The position numbers were made by a program, and so were the translations under genes. The notes beneath the pieces are model-generated. The model ran no database searches. It saw only the letters and a list, made by a program, of their open reading frames with translations, and was not told the origin of the DNA. 64,000 nt of DNA, taken from contig NZ_VITR01000004.1 of the NCBI RefSeq assembly GCF_007827955.1, positions 135,099 to 199,098 of the forward strand. Reading direction: 5' to 3'. Positions 55,940-64,000 of the stretch are shown here, piece by piece. Numbering within the stretch: position 1 is the stretch's first letter; every line of letters starts with the position of its first letter. This DNA is from Nitrospirillum amazonense (GTDB taxonomy: Bacteria; Pseudomonadota; Alphaproteobacteria; Azospirillales; Azospirillaceae).

Positions 55940-56055
55940 CCTGCCAAACTCATCCAATCCGCCATTTTATGCCCCCCGGCAGATATCGGTCTTTTCGTTG
56001 GACGCCGGTGGTTCAGTATGTATATCGCGGCCTCAATAATCTTGTCTGCGAAAGA

Positions 56056-56298
56056 CTATGGCGGTGCAGCCAAACAGGGTATGACCCAGTCGCGGAGAAA
56101 TACATCCTCGGCCATACCCCGTACAGTTGGCCGCAAAGCGAGAAAAACTTGCACCACGGCACCATGCAGATGGCGGCTGGCGCTGACGTCGATTTGGGAC
56201 TCGGGCGCCTCCTGCAGCCGGGAGAGCAAAATTTCCGCGTCCTCCGCGCCGCAGTTCCCCGCCAAGCGTATGAGGGGGCCGTCCACGATGATCGTCAT
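56056..56298 (-). CDS. Small hypothetical protein (80 aa) translationally coupled to cheA
   Basis: ATGA overlap with the cheA stop. Sequence MTIIVDGPLIRLAGNCGAEDAEILLSRLQE... is vaguely STAS/anti-sigma-antagonist-like. It could also be a spurious read-on frame. Confidence 0.3.
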   Translation of the reverse strand: MTIIVDGPLIRLAGNCGAEDAEILLSRLQEAPESQIDVSASRHLHGAVVQVFLALRPTVRGMAEDVFLRDWVIPCLAAPP

Positions 56299-58313
56299 GG
56301 CCGTCCCCCACCCAGCCTGTCCCCGTCACGGTGCAAGGCGGCGATCAGGCCCGGCAGGTCCAACACCATCAGCAGCCCGCCGTCCCCCAGGAGGGTGGTG
56401 CCCAACAACCCCGGCATGGCGGCCAACAACCCGGCCATGGGACGCAGCACCACGTCATGCCGCCCCAGGAAGGTACCAACCTCCACCGCCAGCAACGCAC
56501 CATCCACCCGCACGATGACCGCCCGCACGGCCTCCCCTTCCCTGACATCGTCGGCCGGCTGGTCGAGCAGATCGGACAGCGCCAGGAGGGGAACCGCCGT
56601 GTCGCGCAGAACGAAGGCGCGCCCCGCACGGATGGGCAGGACGCGGTCGCGGGTGACGCGCACGGTCTCGATCACGCCGTCCAAGGGCAGGCCGTAGCGA
56701 TCATCGCCTACGGAAACGACCAGCACCTTGGTCAGCACCAAATTCATGGGCAGGGTCAGCCGCACCGTCGTTCCCGCGCCTACTGTGCTCCGCAGTCCCA
56801 CGCCGCCGCCTAGGCGGCCCACAGCGGCGCGGACGGCGTCCATTCCCACCCCGCGCCCCGACAGGACGGTCACCGCCTCCGCTGTGGAAAAGCCTGGGCG
56901 GAACACCAGGTCCAGCACCTGGTCATCGGGCAGTTCGGCCAGCGTGGCCGCTGGCACCACGCCCCGGGCCGCCGCGGTCCGCCGGATACGGTCCGGATCC
57001 ATGCCACGCCCGTCGTCCGTGACCTCGATGACCATGCGGTCGCCTTCCCGCCCCACGGTCAGGCCAATGCGGGCCCGTTCGGGCTTACCCGCCGCGACCC
57101 GCTCCGCCGCCGGCTCGACGCCGTGGTCGACGGCATTGCGCAGCAGATGGGTCAGCGGTTCGAACAACCCCTCCACGATCCCCTTGTCGGCCTGCACCTC
57201 CTGGCCATCCACAACCAGGTCGGCCTCCTTGCCGATGGCGGCGGCCATCTCACGCACCATGCGGGGGAAACGGCGCAAAAGGGGCAGGACGGGCACGAGG
57301 CGGATGTCCGTGACAGTGCGATGCAGCCGGCCGATCAGCCGGTCAAGCATCGCCTGGCGATCGCCCATGATCCGGGCCGCCACGTCCGGGGCCAGGCCAT
57401 CCGCCATACGGGCCGCCAGGTCCGCCAAGGCGTTCTTGGCGACCACCAACTCGTCCACCAACGCCACCAGGGTGTCGACGCGGCTGGCGTCCACGCGCAG
57501 CCCGCGTGGGCCTTCCAATCCTGTCGGGGACGGGCCGATGGACGGTCCTGGGGAGGGGGGCGACCAACTCAGCACCTGGATCTGGTCGGGCATGAAGCGG
57601 AAGGGGACCTTGACCGCCTCCACAGGGGCGGCGGACAGCAGCTCAACCACCAAATCGCAGGCATAGGGATCGTAGGCGTCCGACGCCGGTGGGGCATCGG
57701 GCCGGCGGAAAACCCGAAAGGCCAGCAGATCGGGCACCGCGCGGGCCAGGGCGATGGGATCCTCTCCGCGGAAATAACACCCCGCATCCGGCGTGTAGCG
57801 CAACGCCGTCACGACAGAATGGCGCGCCGCATCCGACGCCTGTTCCCGAAAGAGGCTCTCGACCCAATGAGTGTCCGAGAGGGCGGCCTCGACCCGGCCG
57901 TTGTCGGCCCCGGCAACTGGCGTCCCCGGGACCAGGAAGCCGCGTAAGCGCTGCGACAGGGCACGCGCCACGTCGCCCGCGTCGTCGGGAAGCGCCCCCC
58001 CTGTCACCCTCAGGGCGTCCAGCCAGCGTTCCGTCTGGCCGGTGGCGGCAATCAGGACATCCGTGGCCGCCCGGGATAAGGTCAGGCGGCCGTCCCGCCG
58101 CGCGCCCAGCAGGTCCTCGGCGACATGCAGCACCTCGGCCATCGCCGGCAGGTCGAACAGGCCCACCGACCCCTTCAGGGTATGGATGGCGCGGAAGGCC
58201 TGGTCGACCAGGGCGGCATCTTCTGGCCGCGCCTCCAGCGCCAGCAGGGCCTCACCCGCCTGCTGCACCTGTTCCGGCCCCTCGATGAGGAATTGCTCCA
58301 GCAGTTCATCCAT
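56295..58313 (-). CDS. cheA: Chemotaxis histidine kinase CheA
   Basis: Hpt (HTLKGSVGLFDL), dimerization/HATPase_c (G1/G2 boxes GRGVGMD), and a C-terminal CheW-like domain. Overlaps cheR by 8 nt. Confidence 0.9.
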   Translation of the reverse strand: MDELLEQFLIEGPEQVQQAGEALLALEARPEDAALVDQAFRAIHTLKGSVGLFDLPAMAEVLHVAEDLLGARRDGRLTLSRAATDVLIAATGQTERWLDALRVTGGALPDDAGDVARALSQRLRGFLVPGTPVAGADNGRVEAALSDTHWVESLFREQASDAARHSVVTALRYTPDAGCYFRGEDPIALARAVPDLLAFRVFRRPDAPPASDAYDPYACDLVVELLSAAPVEAVKVPFRFMPDQIQVLSWSPPSPGPSIGPSPTGLEGPRGLRVDASRVDTLVALVDELVVAKNALADLAARMADGLAPDVAARIMGDRQAMLDRLIGRLHRTVTDIRLVPVLPLLRRFPRMVREMAAAIGKEADLVVDGQEVQADKGIVEGLFEPLTHLLRNAVDHGVEPAAERVAAGKPERARIGLTVGREGDRMVIEVTDDGRGMDPDRIRRTAAARGVVPAATLAELPDDQVLDLVFRPGFSTAEAVTVLSGRGVGMDAVRAAVGRLGGGVGLRSTVGAGTTVRLTLPMNLVLTKVLVVSVGDDRYGLPLDGVIETVRVTRDRVLPIRAGRAFVLRDTAVPLLALSDLLDQPADDVREGEAVRAVIVRVDGALLAVEVGTFLGRHDVVLRPMAGLLAAMPGLLGTTLLGDGGLLMVLDLPGLIAALHRDGDRLGGGRP

Positions 58314-59214
58314 GGGCGGCGGTTCCCTGCGCGCGGTTCGGTTGCACGCCTTCCCGGGGCCGCTGATAGACCACCGCGTCCTCGAAGCGGCAGACGGCGA
58401 AGCGGTCGCTCAACCGCGCCAGGGATTCCGAATGCCCCAAGCAGAGGTAACCGCCCGGCAGCAGCCGGTCATAAAGGTTGTCCACCGCCAGGCGGCGGGA
58501 CAGATCGTCGAAATAAATCAGCAGGTTGCGGCAAAAAATGACGTCGAAGCGGCCTTGCGCCGTCAATGTCGCCCCATCCACCAGGTTGGCGCTGGTGAAG
58601 GTCACGGATTCCCGCAGATCCTGGATGATCTGAAAACGCTCCGCCCCGCTCCCCTCGACCGGCAGGAAATAATCCTGGCGCAGCTCCACCGGCAGACGCG
58701 CCAGCGATTTGGCGGCATAGCGGCCCGCCCTCGCCTCCGCCAGGGCGCGGGTGTCGATGTCCGACGCCACGATCTCCACATGATAGGCGTCGACCATGGC
58801 CCAGTTCTCCAGCAACCAGATGGCGATGGAATAGGGCTCCTCCCCCGTGGCGCAGGGCATGGACCAGAGACGCAGCCGGTCACCCGGCCCCCGCCGGGAT
58901 ACGATGTCCGGCAGCATGTCGCGGCTGAGGCACTTCAACTGATGGTCTTCGCGGTAGAAATAGGTCTCGTTGACGGTGAAGCTGTTGATCAGGTGTTCCA
59001 ATTCCACCGGATCGGCGCGCAGCCGGGTGAAATAATCCTCGAAGGTCGCGGCCCCCATCTCGGCCATGCGCTGCGCCACCCGCCGATCGATGTAGTACCG
59101 CTTGCTTTCCCCGAACTGCATACCGGTGCGCAGGTACAGGAACTCGCAGAAGCGGGCGAGATCCGGCGCGCTCAGCGGCGGCGTTTCTCCATCGTCGGCG
59201 CGGCGGACGGTCAT
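58306..59214 (-). CDS. cheR: Chemotaxis protein methyltransferase CheR
   Basis: All-helical N-domain, then SAM-binding domain (LRLWSMPCATGEEPYSIAIWL). Confidence 0.9.
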   Translation of the reverse strand: MTVRRADDGETPPLSAPDLARFCEFLYLRTGMQFGESKRYYIDRRVAQRMAEMGAATFEDYFTRLRADPVELEHLINSFTVNETYFYREDHQLKCLSRDMLPDIVSRRGPGDRLRLWSMPCATGEEPYSIAIWLLENWAMVDAYHVEIVASDIDTRALAEARAGRYAAKSLARLPVELRQDYFLPVEGSGAERFQIIQDLRESVTFTSANLVDGATLTAQGRFDVIFCRNLLIYFDDLSRRLAVDNLYDRLLPGGYLCLGHSESLARLSDRFAVCRFEDAVVYQRPREGVQPNRAQGTAAHG

Positions 59215-60326
59215 GGTCCCACCAGGTCGCGCAGATGGAACGCGATCTTGTCCAGCGGCGCCACGACATCGGCGCCGCCCGCCTTGACCAGTTCCCCCGG
59301 CATGCCCCAGACCACGGCCGTCTCCTCGGCCTCGGCGATGGTGCGTCCCCGCCGCGCGCGCAGCCGGGTCATCGCCGCCGCGCCGTCATAGCCCATGCCG
59401 GTCATGAGCACGCCAACCAGCCGGCGCGCGTCGACATGATCCAGGGCGCTGTCGACCAGCCGGTCGACGCTGGGATGCCAGCGGTATTCCTCCTTGGATG
59501 GGGTGGGCATCACCACCAGGCCCGAGGAGCGCCGGCTCAGGATCACGTCGGCGTCGCCCTTGCCGATGTAGACATGGCCAGGAGCCAGAGGGACAGGCCG
59601 CGTCACCTCCCGCACCGTGAGCGGGCATAGCCGGTCCAGTCGGCGGGCCAGCGCGCCGGTGAAGGTGGCCGGCATGTGCTGCGCCACCACCACCGGCCAC
59701 GGGAAATCGGCCGGCAGCCCGTCCAGCAAAGCATCCAGGGCGGGCGGCCCACCGGTGGAACAGCCGACCAGGACCAAGCCCGGCGGATCCCCCGGCTTGC
59801 CGGCTGGACGCGGGTCGTCCAGCGGATCGGCCTCCTCCAGCACGGGAGGGCGCCTGGCAGCCTCGACAGCCGGGGTATCCCACCCCTGCGCTTGGCGGCG
59901 CAGGCGTTCCACCAGGCGGTGGGACCGGCGCAACCGCGCGCGCGCCGCCCCCCGCACCTTGTCCAGCAGTTCCGGCCCCAACCGGTCCATCTTCAGCGAA
60001 ATCGCGCCATCGGGCTTCTGGATGAAGTCCACCGCCCCCAGCGTCATGGCCTCCAGTGTCACCTCCGCGCCGGCTTCGGTGAGGGATGAAACCATCACCA
60101 CCGGCCGGGGCCGCTCCACCATGATCTGGTCCAGGCAGGAGAGGCCGTCCATCTGCGGCATGTGAACGTCCAGAGTGATGACCTCCGGGTCGAAGTCGCG
60201 CAGCCGCGCCAAAGCCTCCAGGCCGTCGCGGGCGGTGGCGACCTCGAAGTCGCCCGCGGCGGCGAACAGGTCGCCCAACAGCCGGCGCATCAGGGCGCTG
60301 TCATCGACGATCAGGACGCGGGTCAC
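59211..60326 (-). CDS. cheB: Chemotaxis response regulator protein-glutamate methylesterase CheB
   Basis: REC (VLIVDDSALMRRLL...ITLDVHMPQMDG), then methylesterase domain (catalytic Ser/His/Asp context: GMGYDGA, VVAQHMPATFT). GTG start overlaps the cheW stop. Confidence 0.9.
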   Translation of the reverse strand: MTRVLIVDDSALMRRLLGDLFAAAGDFEVATARDGLEALARLRDFDPEVITLDVHMPQMDGLSCLDQIMVERPRPVVMVSSLTEAGAEVTLEAMTLGAVDFIQKPDGAISLKMDRLGPELLDKVRGAARARLRRSHRLVERLRRQAQGWDTPAVEAARRPPVLEEADPLDDPRPAGKPGDPPGLVLVGCSTGGPPALDALLDGLPADFPWPVVVAQHMPATFTGALARRLDRLCPLTVREVTRPVPLAPGHVYIGKGDADVILSRRSSGLVVMPTPSKEEYRWHPSVDRLVDSALDHVDARRLVGVLMTGMGYDGAAAMTRLRARRGRTIAEAEETAVVWGMPGELVKAGGADVVAPLDKIAFHLRDLVGP

Positions 60327-61858
60327 GGCGGCGCCGATCCGGGGTCGCCAACGCCCCCCTGCGGCGCCCTGCCCAGTGCCGCCAACAGGTCACGCTCCGT
60401 CCGGCTGAGCAAGGCCCGCGGCTCGATCAGCAGGATCATGCGGTCAGCGCCGTCGGGGGTGCGCAGGGTGGCGACGCGGGTGAAGAGTGTCTCCCCCCCG
60501 TCCGCCGCGCGGGCCAGATCCGGCGTTTCACGCGTCTGATCGGCGGACAGGGTCAGTATCTCCGACACGCCATCGACGGCGAAGCCCGCCAGCGTGCCGT
60601 CGATGCGCGTGACCATCACCCGGCGCCGCGACCCGGCAGCCCCGGCCACACCGAAGCGGCGGCGCTGGTCGATGATGGGCAGGACCTGACCGCGAAGGGT
60701 CATGGCCCCCTCAATGAAAGGGGGCGCCTTGGGAACGCGGGTCAGGGTGTCGGGCAGGCGCACAACTTCCGCCACCGCGTCGACGGGCAAGCCATATTCC
60801 TCGCCCCCTACGTGGAAGACGACGACGCGGTCAGCCGCCGCATCGGGGTTGACTGCGTCCATGACGGAACTCCCTTCCTCGCCATCCTCGGCGGCCCCCT
60901 GTGCCAGAAGATGGGCCACCGTCTCATGCCGGAACAGCCGTGCGGCGGACAGGATGGAAACCAGGCCGCGACCGTCGGGCAGGCGGCAGAGGGACTGGAT
61001 CTGCGCCTCGCCCCGGCCACGGTTCAAGACGGCCGGCACGGCGGCGACGCTGTCGGCGGGGACCCGCAAGATGGTGGTCAGGCGGTCCACCAGCAAGCCC
61101 AAGTGGCCCCCAGGACCATGGGCCACGACCACACGGGCGCCACGGCCTTCATCCGCACCACCTTCCAGGCCAAGAAGGACGCGGGCGCTGACGATGGGCA
61201 GAAGGCGCCCGCGATGCGAAACGGTCCCGACCATCGCCGCGTCACTGCCGGGCAGGTAGGCCAGATGGTCCGGCACGGTGATGGCCTCCGCCACCTCCGC
61301 CAGCGGCAGGGCGTAGCTCTGCCCCGCCAGGGCGAAGGCCAAGAAGGCCCGTTCATCGACGGCGGCGCGGTCCTGGTGCCCAACGGATCGCGCGCCGCTA
61401 TTGCCCCGGCGCGTCCGCGCGGCCAAACCGGCAAAGGCCCGCCGCAGCAGCTCTTTCAGGTCGATCAGGCGCGCAGCGCCGTCCCCGTCGGTATACAGGG
61501 CGCCATCAGGGCCGGGGCCGGCGGTATCCAGGTCGGCCAGCGTGCCAACCTCATCGACCGCCAAGGCCACAGGTTCACCAGCGTCGAACAGCAGGATACG
61601 GCCGCCCTCGGGGGCCGCCCCCTCATCCCCCTCCAGCAGGCGGGCCAGGGAAATCACCGGCACAACGGCTCCGCGCACGGTCGCTATCCCCATCAGGCAG
61701 GCGGGGGCATGCGGCACGCGGGTGATGGGCGGCGGGCGCAGCACCTCCGTCACCGCACCGGCGGGGGCCGCCAGCCGGGTGGCGCCCACGCGAAAGGTGA
61801 GAACCCGCGGCGGTCCCCCTGCCTGAGTGGCCCTCCCCCGGGAGGATGGTGTGCTCAT
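60323..61858 (-). CDS. cheW: Scaffold protein with three tandem CheW domains
   Basis: Three repeats of the CheW pattern ([14 protein letters not shown]...[16 protein letters not shown]; [17 protein letters not shown]...MVGTVSHRG; [18 protein letters not shown]...IEGAMTLRG). Confidence 0.8.
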   Translation of the reverse strand: MSTPSSRGRATQAGGPPRVLTFRVGATRLAAPAGAVTEVLRPPPITRVPHAPACLMGIATVRGAVVPVISLARLLEGDEGAAPEGGRILLFDAGEPVALAVDEVGTLADLDTAGPGPDGALYTDGDGAARLIDLKELLRRAFAGLAARTRRGNSGARSVGHQDRAAVDERAFLAFALAGQSYALPLAEVAEAITVPDHLAYLPGSDAAMVGTVSHRGRLLPIVSARVLLGLEGGADEGRGARVVVAHGPGGHLGLLVDRLTTILRVPADSVAAVPAVLNRGRGEAQIQSLCRLPDGRGLVSILSAARLFRHETVAHLLAQGAAEDGEEGSSVMDAVNPDAAADRVVVFHVGGEEYGLPVDAVAEVVRLPDTLTRVPKAPPFIEGAMTLRGQVLPIIDQRRRFGVAGAAGSRRRVMVTRIDGTLAGFAVDGVSEILTLSADQTRETPDLARAADGGETLFTRVATLRTPDGADRMILLIEPRALLSRTERDLLAALGRAPQGGVGDPGSAPP

Positions 61859-63831
61859 CCCCCGACCTTCTGGAGTTCGCCCTTCTGGAGTTCATCTGCC
61901 AGCGACGCGATCTCCTCAATGGCGGCGGCCAGATCCTCGGCCCCGCGCGACTGCTGCCGCGCGGCGGTGGCGGCCTGCATCGCAGCCCCGCCGGCCAGTT
62001 CCGCCGCGGCTGCGATCTGTTGCACTCCACTCAGCACCTGGCCCACCGTCGCGCCGATGGCGTCGGCGCCCTGGGCGATCTCGGTGCCCAGCGCGTGAAG
62101 CTCCTGGGCGGAACCGGCGATTCCCCCCAGCCGCACATCGATATCCTTGTTCTTATGCACCTCCGCCTCCGCCACGGCGGCGATGTGCTCCAGATCGCGC
62201 CGCACTGTGGCGACCTGAAGCTGAAACTGGCGGATCAGATCCTTGGCGCGGTCGGCGTTCTCCCCGGAGTCGCGAGCCAGGGCGCGGATGTCGGTGGAGA
62301 CGACGGCGAAGCCCGCCCCCTGGTCGCCCACGCGCGCTGCCTCGACCGAGCCGCTGACGGCCAGCATCGTGGTCTGCACGGCCACGATGGCGATGCCGTC
62401 GACGATCTTTTCCATACGCCGGCCGGACTCTTCCAGCGTGTCCACCAGATCCACCACGGCGCGGGTCTCCGCCAGCGCGGCCCCGACCCCGGCGGTGAGT
62501 TTGCCAACACCCACCCGCCCTTCGGCCAGCAAGACCTGCGACCGCGCCATGCGCTCCACCACCTGGGTGGCGTTGGCGCTGGTGGCCTGGGCCGCCTGGT
62601 GAATCTGCCCCATGGCACTGCTGGATTGCTGGGTGGACGCCGCCTGGATCTGGGCGCCGCGGCTGATCTGGTTGATGGTGATCAGGATTTCACCGGCGGC
62701 GCCGGATAACTGTTGCACCGCCGCCGACAACTGTTCCGCCGCGGCCCCAACCTCCTCCGCCAGGCTGGCGCGCTGGCGGGCGTCGCCCAGGCCGTCCGAA
62801 AGGGCGGCCAGGGCCTCCGCCGCCTCCCGGCTCTGGTCCAGCGCCTGGCTTTGCTGCGCCACAGAGCGTTGGGCCTCGGCCGCCGCGGCCGACTGCTCCT
62901 CCGCCGCGCTGGAGACGCTTTCGGCCCCCTTCTGCGCCTCACGCGCGGCGGTATCCGCCTCCACCGCCGCCAGCAGGATGGCTTGGGCGCCCGAGACCAG
63001 CGCCGCCAGTCCGGCGCGGATATCCTCCAGCAAGATGGAAACAGCCCGGCCTTCCGCCGCTTCGGCCGTGGCCGTCGCGGCGGCGGCGCGGATGCGGGCG
63101 GCGATGGCGCGCACCTCCTCGGTGATGCCGTCGGCCAGGGACTGCACGTCGCGGGACCGTTTCTCCGATGTTTCAGACAGGGCCCGCACCTCGTCCGCCA
63201 CAACAGCGAATCCCCGGCCCAGGTCCCCCGCCCGCGCCGCCTCGATGGCGGCGTTCAGGGCCAGCAAACCGGTCTGGTCGGCGATGTCGGCCACCGTGCG
63301 GGTGATCTCGCCAATATGGGCGGCGTGCAACTCCAGGCCCACGACGATATCAACCGACTTGAGCTGGCGAGCGGCGTTTGCGGTGACCGCACTCACCGAC
63401 GCCTCGATCAGGGCGGCCGCCTCCGTCAGCTGGGTCTGCAAGGCCACGGTGCGCACCTGCGCCCGCTCCGCCCGCTCCCGCGCCTGCTGGAAAGAGGTCG
63501 CCATGCCGGCCACGGCGGCCAAGGATTCATGGCTGGCGGAGGCCGCCTCCTCCGCCGCGCTGGCGATCTGTTCCAGCGACCGGCCCAGTTCCTCCGCCGC
63601 GGCGGCCGCTTCCGCCACGCCGCTGGCCAGTTCCGCCGTGGCGGCGGCGATGCGTTCCGACGCCGTCTGGCGGGTTGTCGGCGGCGCGGCGCGGCGCGGG
63701 CGCTTGGCCGGCGCGTTGGGCTGGGCCGTGGCCGCCTTGGAAGGCCCCGCCGGTGCCGCGGCCGCTTCTGCGGCCAATGCGCGGGAGCGCCCCTTGGCGC
63801 CGGCCAGCCGGGAGGTTTTTACCAATGCCAT
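61855..63831 (-). CDS. Soluble methyl-accepting chemotaxis protein with two signalling (MA) hairpin tips
   Basis: No TM or sensor domain. Two copies of the invariant MCP tip: [35 protein letters not shown] and [35 protein letters not shown]. Ala/Gln/Glu-rich heptad arms. ATG at 63831 (the track start at 63843 is TTG). Confidence 0.85.
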   Translation of the reverse strand: MALVKTSRLAGAKGRSRALAAEAAAAPAGPSKAATAQPNAPAKRPRRAAPPTTRQTASERIAAATAELASGVAEAAAAAEELGRSLEQIASAAEEAASASHESLAAVAGMATSFQQARERAERAQVRTVALQTQLTEAAALIEASVSAVTANAARQLKSVDIVVGLELHAAHIGEITRTVADIADQTGLLALNAAIEAARAGDLGRGFAVVADEVRALSETSEKRSRDVQSLADGITEEVRAIAARIRAAAATATAEAAEGRAVSILLEDIRAGLAALVSGAQAILLAAVEADTAAREAQKGAESVSSAAEEQSAAAAEAQRSVAQQSQALDQSREAAEALAALSDGLGDARQRASLAEEVGAAAEQLSAAVQQLSGAAGEILITINQISRGAQIQAASTQQSSSAMGQIHQAAQATSANATQVVERMARSQVLLAEGRVGVGKLTAGVGAALAETRAVVDLVDTLEESGRRMEKIVDGIAIVAVQTTMLAVSGSVEAARVGDQGAGFAVVSTDIRALARDSGENADRAKDLIRQFQLQVATVRRDLEHIAAVAEAEVHKNKDIDVRLGGIAGSAQELHALGTEIAQGADAIGATVGQVLSGVQQIAAAAELAGGAAMQAATAARQQSRGAEDLAAAIEEIASLADELQKGELQKVGG

Positions 63832-64000
63832 GTGTGCCCCCAAATCGGCCCCTGACCAGCGGCCCCCTGTGCCGCCAAGACCCTTGCGGCGCCGGATCTG
63901 GTTTTACAGGCGCCGCGCTTGCCTCGGCAATCGACGTAATGCCATAGGCTATACGGCAGGCGGGTCGGCGCGGACAGAGGAATAGAGGGGCCGAAAAATG

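Noticed and set aside
58300-58315. Apparent frameshift between cheR and cheA when counting by the printed line numbers
   Set aside because: The ORF track is internally consistent (an 8-nt cheR/cheA overlap). The 2-nt discrepancy is a numbering/formatting irregularity in the printed sequence between ~56.3 and 59.2 kb, not a biological frameshift.

Overview
High-GC (~65-70%) chromosomal segment with the gene content and codon usage of an alphaproteobacterium of the Rhodospirillales (Azospirillum/Rhodospirillum-like). The left half is mostly housekeeping. It holds divergent uvrA/ssb with a GTTC-N7-GTTC LexA box on the uvrA start, nadE, a MATE pump, gyrA, coaD and tRNA-Lys(TTT). It also holds a YedK/SRAP-NUDIX-PAP2 group, a c-di-GMP pair (PilZ and a degenerate-GGDEF/EAL protein), cell-wall enzymes (mltB-like, rlpA, dacC) and a tmk-holB-metG-tatD-MBL operon. 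The middle is accessory-looking. It has an OprO/P-type porin, a flotillin/SPFH protein, a secreted Zn-phospholipase-C-like protein and manC. It also has a Xi-class GST, three LysR regulators with divergent targets (a bicupin oxalate-decarboxylase-like gene followed by two tandem paralogous unknown membrane proteins; azoR-yciI), a TonB-dependent receptor, Lrp and an EamA exporter. The right ~12 kb (52.0-63.9 kb, minus strand) is one co-directional chemosensory cluster, with overlapping start/stop codons from the MCP through the small ORF after CheA and from the CheY-like REC to the CheC-like gene (two gaps of ~36-100 nt). Its order is a soluble chemoreceptor with two signalling tips, a three-domain CheW, CheB, CheR, CheA, an 80-aa ORF, a CheY-like REC, a CheC-like phosphatase, and a multi-PAS hybrid histidine kinase. 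This looks like a non-flagellar (alternative cellular function) Che pathway and is the most unusual system in the window. Other notable items are a ~1-kb low-GC single-gene insertion (ORFan, 4.4-5.35 kb) between ssb and nadE, and a weak cobalamin-riboswitch-like leader in front of the TonB receptor. Coordinate caveat: CDS coordinates follow the supplied ORF track, with internal starts set by codon counting. The printed line numbering disagrees with the ORF track by 2 nt near 58.3 kb, so non-CDS coordinates may be off by a few nt. Long antisense ORFs rich in Arg/Gly/Pro/His that overlap conserved genes are treated as spurious.
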